DNA from: Cyanophora paradoxa CCMP329
Taxonomy: Eukaryota > Plantae > Glaucophyta
Reading direction: 5' to 3'
NCBI GenBank assembly: GCA_004431415.1
Contig: QPMI01000343.1
Location: forward strand, 1 to 30,387
Length of the DNA: 30,387 nt
This document shows, one piece after another, positions 1 through 11,717 of the stretch; within the stretch, counting starts at the first letter, position 1, and each line of letters opens with the position of its first letter. The position numbers and the translations under genes were made by a program. Below the pieces are notes generated by a model. It was not told the DNA's origin. It ran no database searches and saw only the letters and a list, made by a program, of their open reading frames with translations.

Positions 1-517
1 AGCCCGTAGGGACTCCCGCCCAATACGCGCCCCAGGTACGCACCGCGCGCGCAGGTGCCCTAGAGCGTCGGTCTTTCTTGGCGGCTGATCGTCCTCCGCC
101 CGTGCAGGCGCTCCTCTGGACGGGAGGCTCGTCGATCGAGTGCGCCCGGGCCCCGTTTGCTTTGATTTGGATGTCAATAGTTTCCGATTTCGATCTGACC
201 CCTTTTCGCGCCCCCCGGCGCAGGCTGACTCCATGTCGGGCCCACCCCAGAGCCCGTAGGGGCTCCCGCCACCGCCCCGAGACGACCCCCGCCACCACAA
301 GACGCGATGCAGCACCACGCCGTGCATGCGGGCACATGTAGATATGTAGCTAGCTAGAGTGTCCGCGGGGAGGCGCATTACTCTCCTTAGGGGGCCTCGC
401 AGGGCCCGGCTGGCCGAGCGTGAGCTCGGTGGGCTGGGCCGGCGGCTGCGGCGGCCGCAGTGTACATTCCCACATAGCCCGGACCTGCGTTTTTAGTACG
501 TATACGTGTCCAAATGC
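1..517. mobile_element. Right-hand part of a non-autonomous TIR element (same family as 15277-16553), truncated by the window edge
   Basis: Collinear with 16034-16553. Shared blocks include GATCTGACC, CAGGCTGACTCCATGTCGGGCCC, GAGGCGCATTACTCTCCTTAGGGGGCCTCGCAGGGCCC and the terminus GTGTCCAAATGC. Confidence 0.8.
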
Positions 518-994
518 TTCATGTCAGCGAGCTAATATACAGTTTTGGGCCCGCCGCGGGCGGCGCCGCCCAGTACCGTATAGTACGTGTCTACGTACGT
601 GAATACGCCCGACCACATGGCCATGGGCAACGCCCGGCTTGCGATTGTACGTGAATGCGGGTGCAGCGGGGCTGGCGTAGTTGGCTGCGTGGTTGGCCGC
701 ATGCGCATGCACATTGCGGCAGGAGCTGGAGCTCGAGGCGCCGGCCTAGCTATCATAGTATAGGCCGCTCGGCCCGGCGGCGTGGCGCGCCTCCGTACGG
801 TACGCGTGGGGTGAGCTCGCGATTGAGCGCATGATCAATTATGCACGGTTAACGTTCACATTGAAGTAATGGGTATACGTAGTTAACGGCCAGCTGCTGC
901 GCATATGCAACGCCGCGGGTCACGGGTGCCTTTGGTCGTACCTGGTTGTACCCACCAAGCGCACGTCCCCCCCTCCGACGATTTGCCGCGCGAA

Positions 995-3900
995 ATGTTC
1001 GCCGCTCCCCCGCCGGCGGGGTCGCTTAGGCCCCGCACGCTGCTGCTTCAGCCTCTGGGAGATATCTCCGCGGCGCTCCAGCCCGCGGGTCGTCCGACCG
1101 CCGTCCTGCCTGGCGCCCGGCTAAGCATCACCCCGCGTCATGGCGCGACTCGATTTGTTGCGAGGCGGGCCTTCTTTGGCTCGAAGCTACTACCGCACCA
1201 CCGGCCGTGCCGGCCTCATGCAACAGTGGTTCGCCCGCGGCTCGCGCGCGAAGAGCTCTCGAGGCTGACCTCGCCCAAGCCGTTCCGCGTCGCGGCGGAA
1301 CAGTCCGACGGCGAGGCCGACTACGACGAGGCCGAGGACGACGAGTTCGAGGACGCGGAGGGCGCCGACGGTCTGGAGGACGAGGTCCTGCACGTCCCGC
1401 TGAACCTCTACCGGATATTTGGCCTGGATCGGAACGCGGATTCGGACGCCCTCGATGCGGCTCTCACGCAGCTAATATCGAAAAAGCTCCCGCGCGGGTT
1501 CGCGCGGCCACGGCTGCGGGCCGAGCAGGCGCTTACGGCGCGCAGGTTCACCGCGGAAGCGGCATCGCAACGCAAGCAGCTCATCGACCAGGCGTACCAC
1601 GTGCTCTCCGAACCGAGCAAGAGGGACAGCTACGAGCAGTCCATCGATGGTGCCGAGGCCAGTGTCCAAGTACCGCTCTCGCACATCAAGGGCGCACTGT
1701 GCCTGCTGTTGGTGCTTCCGATCTCCCGTTCGCGTGCAAGTAAGTGTGAGGGCTGATGCCTCGCAACAGGAATGTGGACAGTGCGAGGACGCGATCCAGA
1801 TCGCACGGGAGAAGTTAAGTCGCGACGAGCACAGCACAGGCCAAGGAAATGCGGTATGTGCTTCGACTGCTCACTCATGGTGAATGCCAACGCTGACTGC
1901 ACCAGGTGTTCGACGACCCTCTCCCGGATCCGGATGCTATTCTTGCCATTGCGCTTGCTTATCGTGACATTGGCTTCTCGAAACGGGAGGAGAACATGTT
2001 CGATGCAGCGAGCGAGTCGATACAGGAGGGCATTGAGGTCCTTCGGCACTTTCACTCGCAACGTTCGGATCCTATGCAGCCGGTCAGCGGCTGGGAAGTT
2101 TTGCCTTCAGATCCTCTGACTCCCTCCCAGCAATTCCGTCAATTTGAATCCGAAATGCTGAATGAGCTTGCGGAGCTTCGGCCAAATCGGATCCTCGAGC
2201 TGGTCTCCATCGATCTCCGCGACAGTAATGCACCCCTACGGAAGAAGGGCTTGCGGGAGCTCGCTTCTTGGCTCGCGGAGCGTGGGGGCCTCGATGATGC
2301 TGGTGATGCCAATGATGAGACTTTCTTCGAATTCATCAATGTAAATTCTGCTGTGCCCTTCCTTGCGAATTTTTTTCTGGGGTCTGATCCGGTGTCTTGA
2401 TCAGGTCATACGGCCGTACTTACTGGCGGAAGAGCAGCAGCTCCTGTTCAGTCCCCAGGAGCGGAAATTTTCCCCCCGTGAGTTTCTGCTATGGCAGTGC
2501 TAACGTGCCCGTGGTCCCTGCTGATTCTCTTTGGGCGTGCCCTAGGCTCGATGATGATCATTGCACAATTCCACATCGCAAGGGGTTTCACGAACAGGGA
2601 TCCTCGCGAAATTGCCGAGGCACAGCGCCTTCTTTATGGCATTGATTCGGAGATTCAGCCGATCCCAGTGGAGCTAGCGTTGACATCCTTGCTTGTTGGT
2701 CAGGCGGAAGTAGCATTATCCTTCCTAGATGCCATTCGGCAGGTCAGTGAAGTCCTTCATTTTCGGCAACCATTCTGTTTTGTAACCTGTGCTTTCATAG
2801 CGGGATCCAGGATGCTACCACTTCATCCGGAAGCACTCGGAGGGCGCACCAGACATGATTACAGGGCTCATGAGGGCGTTGGAGAGGTGGCTTGCACGCG
2901 AAGTACTTGCAAAGTTTCGGGACTTTTTGGACTTCCGAGTGTCTGCCCAGTCATACTTCACTGATCCGCAAGTGCGTCTCGGACTCCAGTTCACAGCAGT
3001 CTCTGGCACTCACGATCAATCAGATTGTGGAAGAACTGTCAAGAATGCGTGCAGGAGTAGCAAGATCGGCCTCCGCTGCATCTCCACCTATGCGATCTTC
3101 AATAAACAACCAACGCTTCGATTTCGATAGAGACACCGCACAATACGGAATGCACTCCATCGCAGCACCAAAGAGTAAGAAAAAAACTAGCTCTCGAAGC
3201 TCTGGAGCTCTGGAGTCTCGCGCGAAGGGAATCTTGTCCGCTTTCCCGAATGTCGTCACCTCTACCAAGCAAAGCACTGGTCGGCTTGTCCTCGTTGGAC
3301 TGGCTGCGGCAGCTGTCAGTGGAGTTCTTCTTGGCGGTGTCCGCGGGCTTCTTGGCAAGAAGGACGACATAGATGAGATCCAGGTGGAGAACGTGGAAGA
3401 TGAATCCAATGATGGGGCAGAACAAGGAGATCAGGCTGGTCAGCCTCAGCAAATTCAAGTTGATCAATCTGGAAACCCAGCCAAGCCGGGGGACCAGTCC
3501 GCAACAGCAAATCAAGGTGGGCCAGTCACTTGCGTCATGAAAATTGCAAGCCTGACTGGCTTCCTACTTCTGCAGCATCGACGAGCAATGAGCCACTGAC
3601 TCCAGCCCAGATGGCATGCCGATCTGCAATCCAGCAATGGCAGACCACGAAAGCGCAGGCGATGGGTTCAAGCTATGCCACTGATCGGCTTGAAGACGTG
3701 TGAAATTTCCTGTAATCTGGTTTCCTGTTGCCTTCTAATCGCATGTGCAGGTTCTCGCTGAGCCAGCATTGAGCCAGTGGCGGAGCAGAGCAGCTGGGGC
3801 AAAGGCTGGCAAGTGGCACTGGAACTACCGCCTTGAAAACCTTGCGGTCGACAAGGTGGGCTCGTTGTGATGGCGCTTCCATGCCATTTGCTGATGTGCT

Positions 3901-4090
3901 CTAGATAAACATCGACCCGAGCAATCCGAACAAGGGCACAGTCGATGTCACCCTGAAGGAGGATGCCCAGTTTATGGCGGGTGGAGTCGTAAAGAAGGAG
4001 CAGTCGTACTCCAAGGCTTACAGGGCACGATATACTCTAGTCAATGTAGGCGGGAAGTGGAAGATCAGCGAGATGTCTGTCATTCCGTAA
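995..4090 (+). CDS. ARC6: ARC6/Ftn2(ZipN)-type plastid division protein, multi-exon
   Basis: Transit-peptide-like N-terminus (MFAAPPP...). Degenerate J-like domain (VPLNLYRIFGL...QAYHVLSEPSKRDSYE). Conserved blocks GALCLLLECG, DAILAIALAY, LAELRPNRILEL. One transmembrane segment (LVLVGLAAAAVSGVLLGGV). C-terminal IMS/DUF4101-like domain (WQTTKAQAMG...WHWNY...YRARYTLVNVGGKWKI). Stop TAA at 4088-4090; GT-AG introns. Confidence 0.88.
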
Positions 4091-4200
4091 TCTGTTTATG
4101 TCCTGTAGTTTGATTTTCCAGTTTTTAATTTTCTGATCCATTTCTGACATGGAATCAGCCTGCGCCGGGAGCGAATTCGAAGCTCAATCAAGTCCCAGCC

Positions 4201-4416
4201 TGCTACCAGTGTGGGAACTCGGAATTTACACTGCGGCCCCCGCGGCCGCGGCCAGCCAGTTCTCTGGTTGGCTGGGCCCACGCCGCGGCGCCGGCAGCCG
4301 CAGTGTACTAAGTGTGGGAGCTGCAGAGCCGGCCCGCGGTTGCAGCGGCTGCAGTGTACATCCCACACTTGTAGCCCGGACTTGCGGTTTAAATTCCGAA
4401 GTTCGTGTCCAAATGA
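4201..4416. mobile_element. Degenerate fold-back/MITE-like remnant made of the family TIR in both orientations
   Basis: 4201-4259 matches the left TIR (GCTAC.AGTGTGGGAA...TACACTGCGGCC). 4340-4416 matches the right TIR (CAGTGTACATCCCACACTTGTAGCCCGGAC...GTGTCCAAATG). Confidence 0.65.
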
Positions 4417-4477
4417 TAGGCCTGCACAGTGAGCTCGAGGACATTGAAACCAACCCCAGGACATTGAAATTACGCAG

Positions 4478-5457
4478 TAGCGTCTGACAAGTGCTCAACA
4501 ATCATTGAATCTCCTGTATCAATTCTAGGGAACGGTTTGAGAAAAACTCGGAAGAGTCCAAGCTGCGGAGAAATCGGGCATCTGCGAGGAAATAGCGGAG
4601 CTCCTCACTCGTTTCTGACATCAACCTGTGCCTGAGTGTTGTGCTTCGGCTAACCAGCATATTGCGCGGCTAAGAGAAGCACGCCCAGTGCAGACCTGAG
4701 CAGGCAGGATGACACCAAGAGGCTGAGCAGCACCAGTGTGACGGAGCAGCAGAGTCTCGGTAGGATTGAGTACAGAGGGCACAAATATAGCACTAGACAT
4801 AGCTACAGTGCTAGGGCTATTCTGAGCGTGCTAAGATGGTCGCTGGACCAGATGGCAACGCGTACAAGGGTACAGGCCCAGAGGACAGGGCTAAATAAGG
4901 GAGCAGAGGCCAAGGGCCTAGCTAAGAGCTAGAGGACTAGCCGACGAGCCGAGCAAGTCGGAAAGTGGATGGCACAATATGGAGCAGCTTCACGTGCTCA
5001 TATACCTGATCAGACGTACTCGTGACTCATAGCGTGTTTGGAAGGCGATCAAATCATACATTCACTGTTTTGATCGTGTTTCCTTGACTGTGGTGAATCA
5101 AGTCTGTCAATCGTTTCACCAGAGCAGGAGCCTGCTTCTCTGCGAAATTACTTGTGCTTGAAATTTGTTGGACCAGATGTGAAATGCTGTATTGCGGTGT
5201 GCCCTCCATCAACGAAGCCTAAGAAATCATCGTTTTGAGGAAAAAGGATCATTATCATGCAGAAATGCACCTGTTCTGCAACAGAGAGAGAGAGCAAGTA
5301 AAAGACACGCCCACGCCAGCAAGACTGGGTATGACAGAACCGCAACACTCTCGGCCATATATGATGCATGTCATTCACATCTTTTAACCTTGCTGAGTGT
5401 CCTTCAACGGGGGAGACATGTGGACAGAGGGCGACGAGTGCCGTGACAGCATCTTGA
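4478..5457 (-). pseudogene. Duplicated 3' fragment (exons plus introns) of the C12orf56-like gene, interrupted by insertions
   Basis: Near-identical to 8032-8630 once the insertions at 4663-4976 and ~5284-5341 are removed; it has no 5' part. Confidence 0.85.
4663..4976. mobile_element. Solo LTR (314 bp)
   Basis: Starts TG(CGC) and ends (GCA)CA. Flanked by a 4-bp duplication ATAT (4659-4662, 4977-4980). The paralogous empty site CCAGC-ATAT-GGAGC lies at ~8199-8212. Confidence 0.8.
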
Positions 5458-5458
5458 G

Positions 5459-5614
5459 CGCTGGGCCCGGCCCGCAGCCGCGACGGCCGCAGTGTACCTT
5501 CCCACACTTGTAGCCCCGATCGCGACCTGCGGCGGCGGAGGCCGCTAGCGCTGTGTACGTATACATTCCCACACGTGTAGCCCGGACCTGTGTTTTTAGT
5601 ACGTGTCCACATGC
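5459..5614. mobile_element. Right TIR of the element family, partly tandem-duplicated
   Basis: Two copies of GTGTAC..TTCCCACAC.TGTAGCCC, ending TTTTTAGTACGTGTCCACATGC. Confidence 0.75.
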
Positions 5615-5978
5615 TAAAGCAGCACTACAGCTTGCTGCTGCAGCTGTGAGAAGCCATCTGTACATGTATATGAGTACTAGTTGATCACAGTTCGCCAGCC
5701 AGGGCCGCCACTGTCGGAAGCTCATTTTCTGAAATTTACAGGCCAGGGCATCCATCACCCTCGCACATGTGGATAGACCATATTGTACAATTGGATACTG
5801 GGCAGTCGCACAACATATCACGCTTATTTCCTGAAAGACACGGAGGGCAGAACGAAGATGAAGCTGCAAATTAACGCAATGGTCGCCTTCCCTCGAGGCA
5901 GGTGCGCGTTGGACGAGATTACGCTGAACGCAGCCGAGATTGCCTTCCCTCGCCTTCGCGGACGCTGGTAATCTCGGC

Positions 5979-6389
5979 TGCGTTCAGCGTGGACAGAGCT
6001 GTCTAGCTGTGTACTACGCCTGTCTGGGCTACGCATAGGTTGGTGCGGCCCTCGCCGTTGCCGGCCCGGCCGTTGCCCCCCCGAGGCCCGTAAGGGGAGT
6101 AACGCTCCACCCCCGCACAGCCTAAGCCGCGCGCGTGTCGTGTGCAGCATCGCGTCGTCGTTCTTGGGCGGTGGGAGTTCCTGCAGGCCCGGCGGGGCCG
6201 GGACCCGTCGGTAGCCTGCGGGGTCGATGCGGCGCACGCGCGGAGGGGGGTCAGATCGAAATTGAAGCGCCCTGAAATGCAGAGAGGCATGCCGCCGACG
6301 CTATGGCGAGCGTATCCGCGCGTAGCGATATTCAGTTTAAGAGACGCGTCCGGATCCACCGCCCGGTACGAGGCGCAACAAAGCGTCAG
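5979..6389 (-). repeat. Left arm of a ~410-bp inverted repeat; diverged relative of the TIR element interior
   Basis: Reverse complement of 7580-7995 with few differences; the ORF track shows the same peptides on opposite strands. Confidence 0.92.
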
Positions 6390-7579
6390 CCACGCCCGAG
6401 AAGAATCGCTCATAGGCAGTTGCGTGCACCTGCACGTTGAGGAGCACGTTGCACGATCAGGACACGTTATCATCTGCATTTCGACGCGACGCGCCGGAGT
6501 AAACGCACAAGCATTTTCTGCTTCTCGAGCGCAGCGGCGAAGTCTTCGTCTTTTTCCTGGAATCCGAAGCAGGAATGAGCGAAGCCCGCACAACCGCGCG
6601 CGGAAGGTCACAAACCTTCAGTTTCTTCTTGAATTCCTCGTCCTTCTTCTTGAGTTCCTCGTCCTTCGTCTTGATGATGGCCTGCAGATCCTACGCGGAC
6701 GTCAACAAGGGTCACATGAATTCGAGCGTCGCTTGTGAACCTCTTCTGTGTATTTTGGACCGTCCATGGTCTGGCCTGGATTCTGTGATGCGAACCACGA
6801 CTCGGAAAAACCGGAGCTAGGGGGGATACCTTATAAACGCCCAAGTTGAACGCCCCTGCCCCTTCGGACCATGAGACTGGGATGCGATTACGATTTGAGA
6901 GCTAATTATATAAGGCCCCTAAGAAGCTTATCGGCCTTGGGGAAAGGAGAGGCCCTTAGGTCTGTGCCTATCTTGCACCAAACCTCAAACTGAGATTATA
7001 GACCGTAGGGAACACGATATCGATGGCCGGGCTACTTTTCAAATGTACGTATACGTAACAGCACGTACGAACGAAATATTTCTAGTAAGTTCGCGTTAAG
7101 CCCGGTCACCGGGTCGCCATTGGCAAAAAAGCTTAATATTAATTGACCCCATTCACAGACGAGCGTGAATGTCATTGGCTTCCAGCGCTAGCTTGCCAAA
7201 GTTGCTTCCCCTTCGCCGATGGAAATTTCAAAAAGCCCCTGCATCCGGCTGGGAGGCTGGAGTCGTCAGCGGGTAGTACTGGGGCCGGCATTGCCACTGG
7301 CCCAGCCCACTAAGAGATGAATTCGAAGCAAAAGACTAGCCCGTGGACTTGGGTGATAGGGTATGGCAACGCCGCAGAGGCCCCTAGTGGGACATGCAAG
7401 GCACGCCAGGGACCCTGGGCCCTCCCAGCACAGGGCCCAGCCCACTCAGTGACTAGTACTGGCCAGTGTGTGGTGTTTGACATGCTGCTTTTGATCGGCC
7501 AGCGATTTCATGCCCTCCAGCTTGGCGATGGCTTTGTCGAGTTACTGTTCAGAGATTCAGAACGTCTCACGCACCTGCA

Positions 7580-7995
7580 CTGACGCTTTGTTGCGCCTCG
7601 TACCGGGCGGTGGATCCGGACGCGTCTCTTAAACTGAATATCGCTACGCGCGGATACGCTCGCCATAGCGTCGGCGGCATGCCTCTCTGCATTTCAGGGC
7701 GCTTCAATTTCGATCTGACCCCCCTCCGCGCGTGCGCCGCATCGACCCCGCAGGCTACCGACGGGTCCCGGCCCCGCCGGGCCTGCAGGAACTCCCACCG
7801 CCCAAGAACGACGACGCGATGCTGCACACGACACGTGCGCGGCTTAGGCTGTGCAGAGGTGGAGCGTTACTCGAGCTCCCCTTACGGGCCTCGGGGGGGA
7901 ACGGCCGGGCCGGCAACGGCGAGGGCCGCACCAACCTATGTGTAGCCCAGACAGGCGTAGTACACAGCTAGCTAGCTCTGTCTACACTGAACGCA
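7580..7995 (+). repeat. Right arm of the ~410-bp inverted repeat
   Basis: See 5979-6389. Contains TTTCGATCTGACCCC and GACGCGATGC.GCAC blocks shared with 16220-16360. Confidence 0.92.
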
Positions 7996-8022
7996 TGTTG
8001 CCACGCTATAACGAGAATTAGA

Positions 8023-9958
8023 TTACCCTGCAGCGTCTGACAAGTGCTCAACAATCTCCTGTATCAATTCTAGGGAACGGTTTGAGAAAAACTCGGAAGA
8101 GTCCAAGCTGCGGAGAAATCGGGCATCTGCAAGGAAATATCGGAGCTCCTCACTCGTTTCTGACATCAACCTGTGCCTGAGTGTTGTGCTTCGGCTAACC
8201 AGCATATGGAGCAGCTTCGCGTGCTCATATACCTGATCAGGCGTACTCGTGACTCATAGCGTGTTTGGAAGGCGATCAAATCATACATTCACTGTTTTGA
8301 TCGTGTTTCCTTGACTGTGGTGAATCAAGTCTGTCAATCGTTTCACCAGAGCAGGAGCCTGCTTCTCTGCGAAATTACTTGTGCTTGAAATTTGTTGGAC
8401 CAGATGTGAAATGCTGTATTGCGGTGTGCCCTCCATCAACGAAGCCTAAGAAATCATCGTTTTGAGGAAAAAGGATCATTATCATGCAGAAATGCACCTG
8501 TTCTGCAACACTCTCCAGCTGCACAAGAACAGCAACGGCCATGTCATTCACATCTTTTAACCTTGCCGAGTGTCCTTCAACGGGGGAGACATGTGGACAG
8601 AGGGCGACGAGTGCCGTGACAGCATCTTGAACGCTGTATGGTCTGAAGGGAACGTGAGGCAAGCGAGAGTCAGGAGGCTGCCAGAGCCAGCAGACCTTGT
8701 GTAGGAGAGGACAAGCGCCCTTTCCTCGATGCCCTCGCTGTCACATAACACAAAAAATAAACACTCTAAAAGCACCATCAAGAATCTGCAAAATATGTCA
8801 GAACGTGTCAGACACAGTGCCACGGGGAGGAGTTCACTCCAGCTCATCCTCGCGTGAATACTTGGAGTTCGGTTTGGTATCTTGTCCTGGCGCATCAGAG
8901 TACCTCCGCAGCTGATCCAATAGAAGCTTCCAGAGCGATTCTCCTCTCTGCGTGCCACTAAGTAACCGAGAGGAGCAGCACATGGGATCACAGGATAGCA
9001 CTCCACCTCATAGAAAAGCTTTTGCACTCGCTGGTTTGTTTGAAGGGCGTATGCGAGCTCGTCAAGCACATGCAGGCGGTCCTCCATCTCCTGACAGCTT
9101 AATATCTCCGTTTGCATGTCCTCAAACGTCGACTGAAGCTGCTGAACCTCGCTGGCACTCAGGCTGGAAAGCCATCTGTCAGGACAAGTCGATTCAGGCA
9201 TGCCTTCTACGCACCTTGCGAGCCCAGAATTAAGGCGAGGTGACGGCAGCAACTCGGTCGATCCCGCTCGTGGTATCAGGCGCTGCACCCATTATTGGTC
9301 GAGGCGCAAGCCTATGACTCGCACCAACGCACCATTCTAGCCCCCATCCACAATCGAAACAGGTAAAAATGCAGTTTTGAGCCGTCCTGAAATGTATACA
9401 CGTCGATAGATGAATCTGCGATTCCATGTGAATTGAAGCAATCGTGATGTGGTCGACACTGCAAACCAGGCTGCTCAAGGGAGCGAGAAGAGCGGTAGCT
9501 GATGATGAAGTGCAAGCTTCTTAGCGAGAGCTGATCCTCAAGGAAGCCCGGGCGGTCCTCTCGCTTTTCCACTTTCTCGATGAGGGAAAACTTGATCGGA
9601 GGGAACGACTTCTTGGCACCACGGTCAACAAGGCAAATGTGCCGCTCCCCGAGGCAAATATACGTGAACGCTACACCCGCGTCAGCCACGTACGCGAATC
9701 GGCAACCTCGAGCTCGGCTCAGAACGTCGAACCTTTGGAGCCCTTCTGAACACGCACGACCTGCACCAACTAGCATCAGCAGCGCGCCGCGCTGCCGTCA
9801 GTCGCAGCCGAGCGCACCAGTTCGTAGTACGCGAGCGTGTTGAAGATCTCTGGCGGCAGCACGGCCGGAAACCGATTCGGGTAGCTGCGCGGATTCCTAA
9901 GGCCTGCATCGGAAGCGTATGCAGCAGGCACGTACCTGTCTGCGAGCGACCCTTTCAT
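8023..9958 (-). CDS. C12orf56/DUF4551-like uncharacterised protein, multi-exon; start codon uncertain
   Basis: Exon peptides LPPEIFNTLAYYE, YICLGERHICLVD...EDRPGFL...SLHFIISY, IDVYTFQDGSKLHFYLFRLW, FEDMQTEIL...LDELAYALQTNQRVQKLFY and C-terminal EELRYFL. They resemble, in order, blocks of C12orf56 as recalled from memory (not searched). Stop at 8023-8025. Confidence 0.65.
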
Positions 9959-10180
9959 TGCACAGCGACCGCTGCTTTCGATGTTCACTTCAGCTCATGG
10001 CGGCGCGGTGTAACTCTACTCGAACTGTCAATCAGTGCAATGCGGTGCAATACGATGTGCTCCTTGATGTGCTCGCGCTGTAGCTACGTTGTCCTCCCCA
10101 GCCACCCGTACCCTCCTCCCGGCCCCATATACGAATTTAATTTTGCGTGTCTTTTACTTGCTCTCTCTCTAGATCTGGAC

Positions 10181-10445
10181 ACGATCTGACCCCTTTTCGC
10201 CCCTCAGGGCCTTTTCGGCCGGACTCCGGGACCCGGACTCGCGATCGAGCTCCGGGATCCACCGCCCCGGCCCGAGACGTCGACGACGACCCGGCCCGGC
10301 CAGCTGCAGCTAAGGAGAGTAATGCGCCTCCCCACGGACACTCTAGCTAACTAAATAGCTACATGTGCCCGCATGCACGGCGTGGTGCTGCATCGCGTCT
10401 TGTGGCGACGGGGGTTGTCTCGGGGCGGTGGCGGGAGCCCCTATG
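10181..10445. mobile_element. Internal fragment(s) of the TIR element family
   Basis: 10310-10445 is the reverse complement of ~255-390; GATCTGACCCCTTTTCGC occurs at 10183. Confidence 0.75.
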
Positions 10446-10497
10446 CCCCCCTGCCTAGACACCCCCCCCCCCCTAGTTGCAGGCACACCGTGAGTGA

Positions 10498-10553
10498 ATG
10501 CGCATCCTGATGAGCGCATGCGCATCCCGATGAGCGCATGCGCATCCCGATGA
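10498..10553. repeat. 20-bp tandem repeat ATGCGCATCCYGATGAGCGC, about 2.8 copies
   Basis: Read directly from the sequence. Confidence 0.85.
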
Positions 10554-10631
10554 TCAAGAAAACGAGGGGTGTTAAGATAGCCAAGGCCACATGCTTGCTA
10601 CAGGCAGGCCAAACGGCCGCTCAGACTCTTT

Positions 10632-11504
10632 TTACAGAGTCGGGAGAGGGCCGTGGTGGGTGTCGATCTGGACCTGCTCACAAAGATTAAGAGGCTAGAA
10701 GCATATGTACAGGATGCGAGTCAGCTGGAGAACGCACGTAAGCGCCATCGGGCTTCAGGCGGCCAGCGCCCTTGAGCTCCTGGTACTTCTCGCGCTCGTA
10801 CGGGGTGAAGCCCCTGGGGAAGAGGATTCAATATGAAGACCCCGCGAGGGTGCCCGCGAGACGCACCACTTCTTGCTAACGACGACCTTCTGGCGGCCAG
10901 GGAACTTGTACTTGGCACGGCGGAGGGACTCCACAACGTGCGCGGCCAAGTTGTCCTTGCTGCGGATGGACAGGATGACCTGGCCGATGGAAACACGGGC
11001 GCAGGTGCCGACGGGCTTGCCGAAGGCGCCACGCATGCCGGTCTGGAGACGATCGGCTCCGGCGCACGAAAGCATCTTGTTGATGCGCAGAACGTGCCAC
11101 GGGTGCACGCGGACACGGAGGTGGAAGTTGTCCTTGCCGGCGAACTTCACCATGTACTTGTTGCACGCGATACGCGCGGCCTCGAGGGCCTCGCTGGAAA
11201 GATGCTCCTTCTCCATGGAGACAAGGTGGGCGCAGTACGGGAACTCGTCCACGCTCGCCTTCTTGCGGCCGACATCATAGATACGGATCTTCGCGTCGGG
11301 CACACCACGGCAGAAGCGGCTCTTAATATACGGCTTGCCGCTGCAACCCATCACGATTGAATCAGGCAAGCGGGGGCGGTGGCGGCTCGGCGTTCGGCGC
11401 ACCGCTGGAACCTGTAGCAGCGTGCTGGCCGGCGACCCCTGCGACGATCCTGTGCATCAGTAACTACATCGAGACGATGGCGACCTGCGGGAGGGGGCTC
11501 ACAT
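10632..11504 (-). CDS. RPL10: 60S ribosomal protein L10 (uL16)
   Basis: Spliced product [35 protein letters not shown]...[15 protein letters not shown]...[19 protein letters not shown]...HHGPLPTL*; four introns. Confidence 0.97.
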
Positions 11505-11717
11505 TGTGTCTGCGCAGAGGCAGCGAGGGAATCGTGAGCGAGACGAAGTCAGCGACAGGCGGCGCAAGGACGGGATTTCGCAATCGCCGCGTCGCTCTAT
11601 GCGGCTCGCATCTCGCGCCGGTGGTGGGGTGGACCGCGGCGCAGGAACTGCCAACCTGTTTTTCTATACCCCTGACTGGCTTGCTCCCGCCGACTTTGGG
11701 GTACTGGGCAACAGGCC

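Noticed and set aside
4791-4810. CACTA...CAGTG mini-element
   Set aside because: Only 20 bp with no TSD; a short stem inside the solo LTR.
6003-6738. ORFs within the inverted repeat and TIR elements as transposases
   Set aside because: No DDE, tyrosine-recombinase, RT or HUH motifs, and frames are not conserved among copies.
10498-10553. Possible C/D snoRNA (TGATGA)
   Set aside because: Explained by a 20-bp tandem repeat; no convincing box D or guide sequence.
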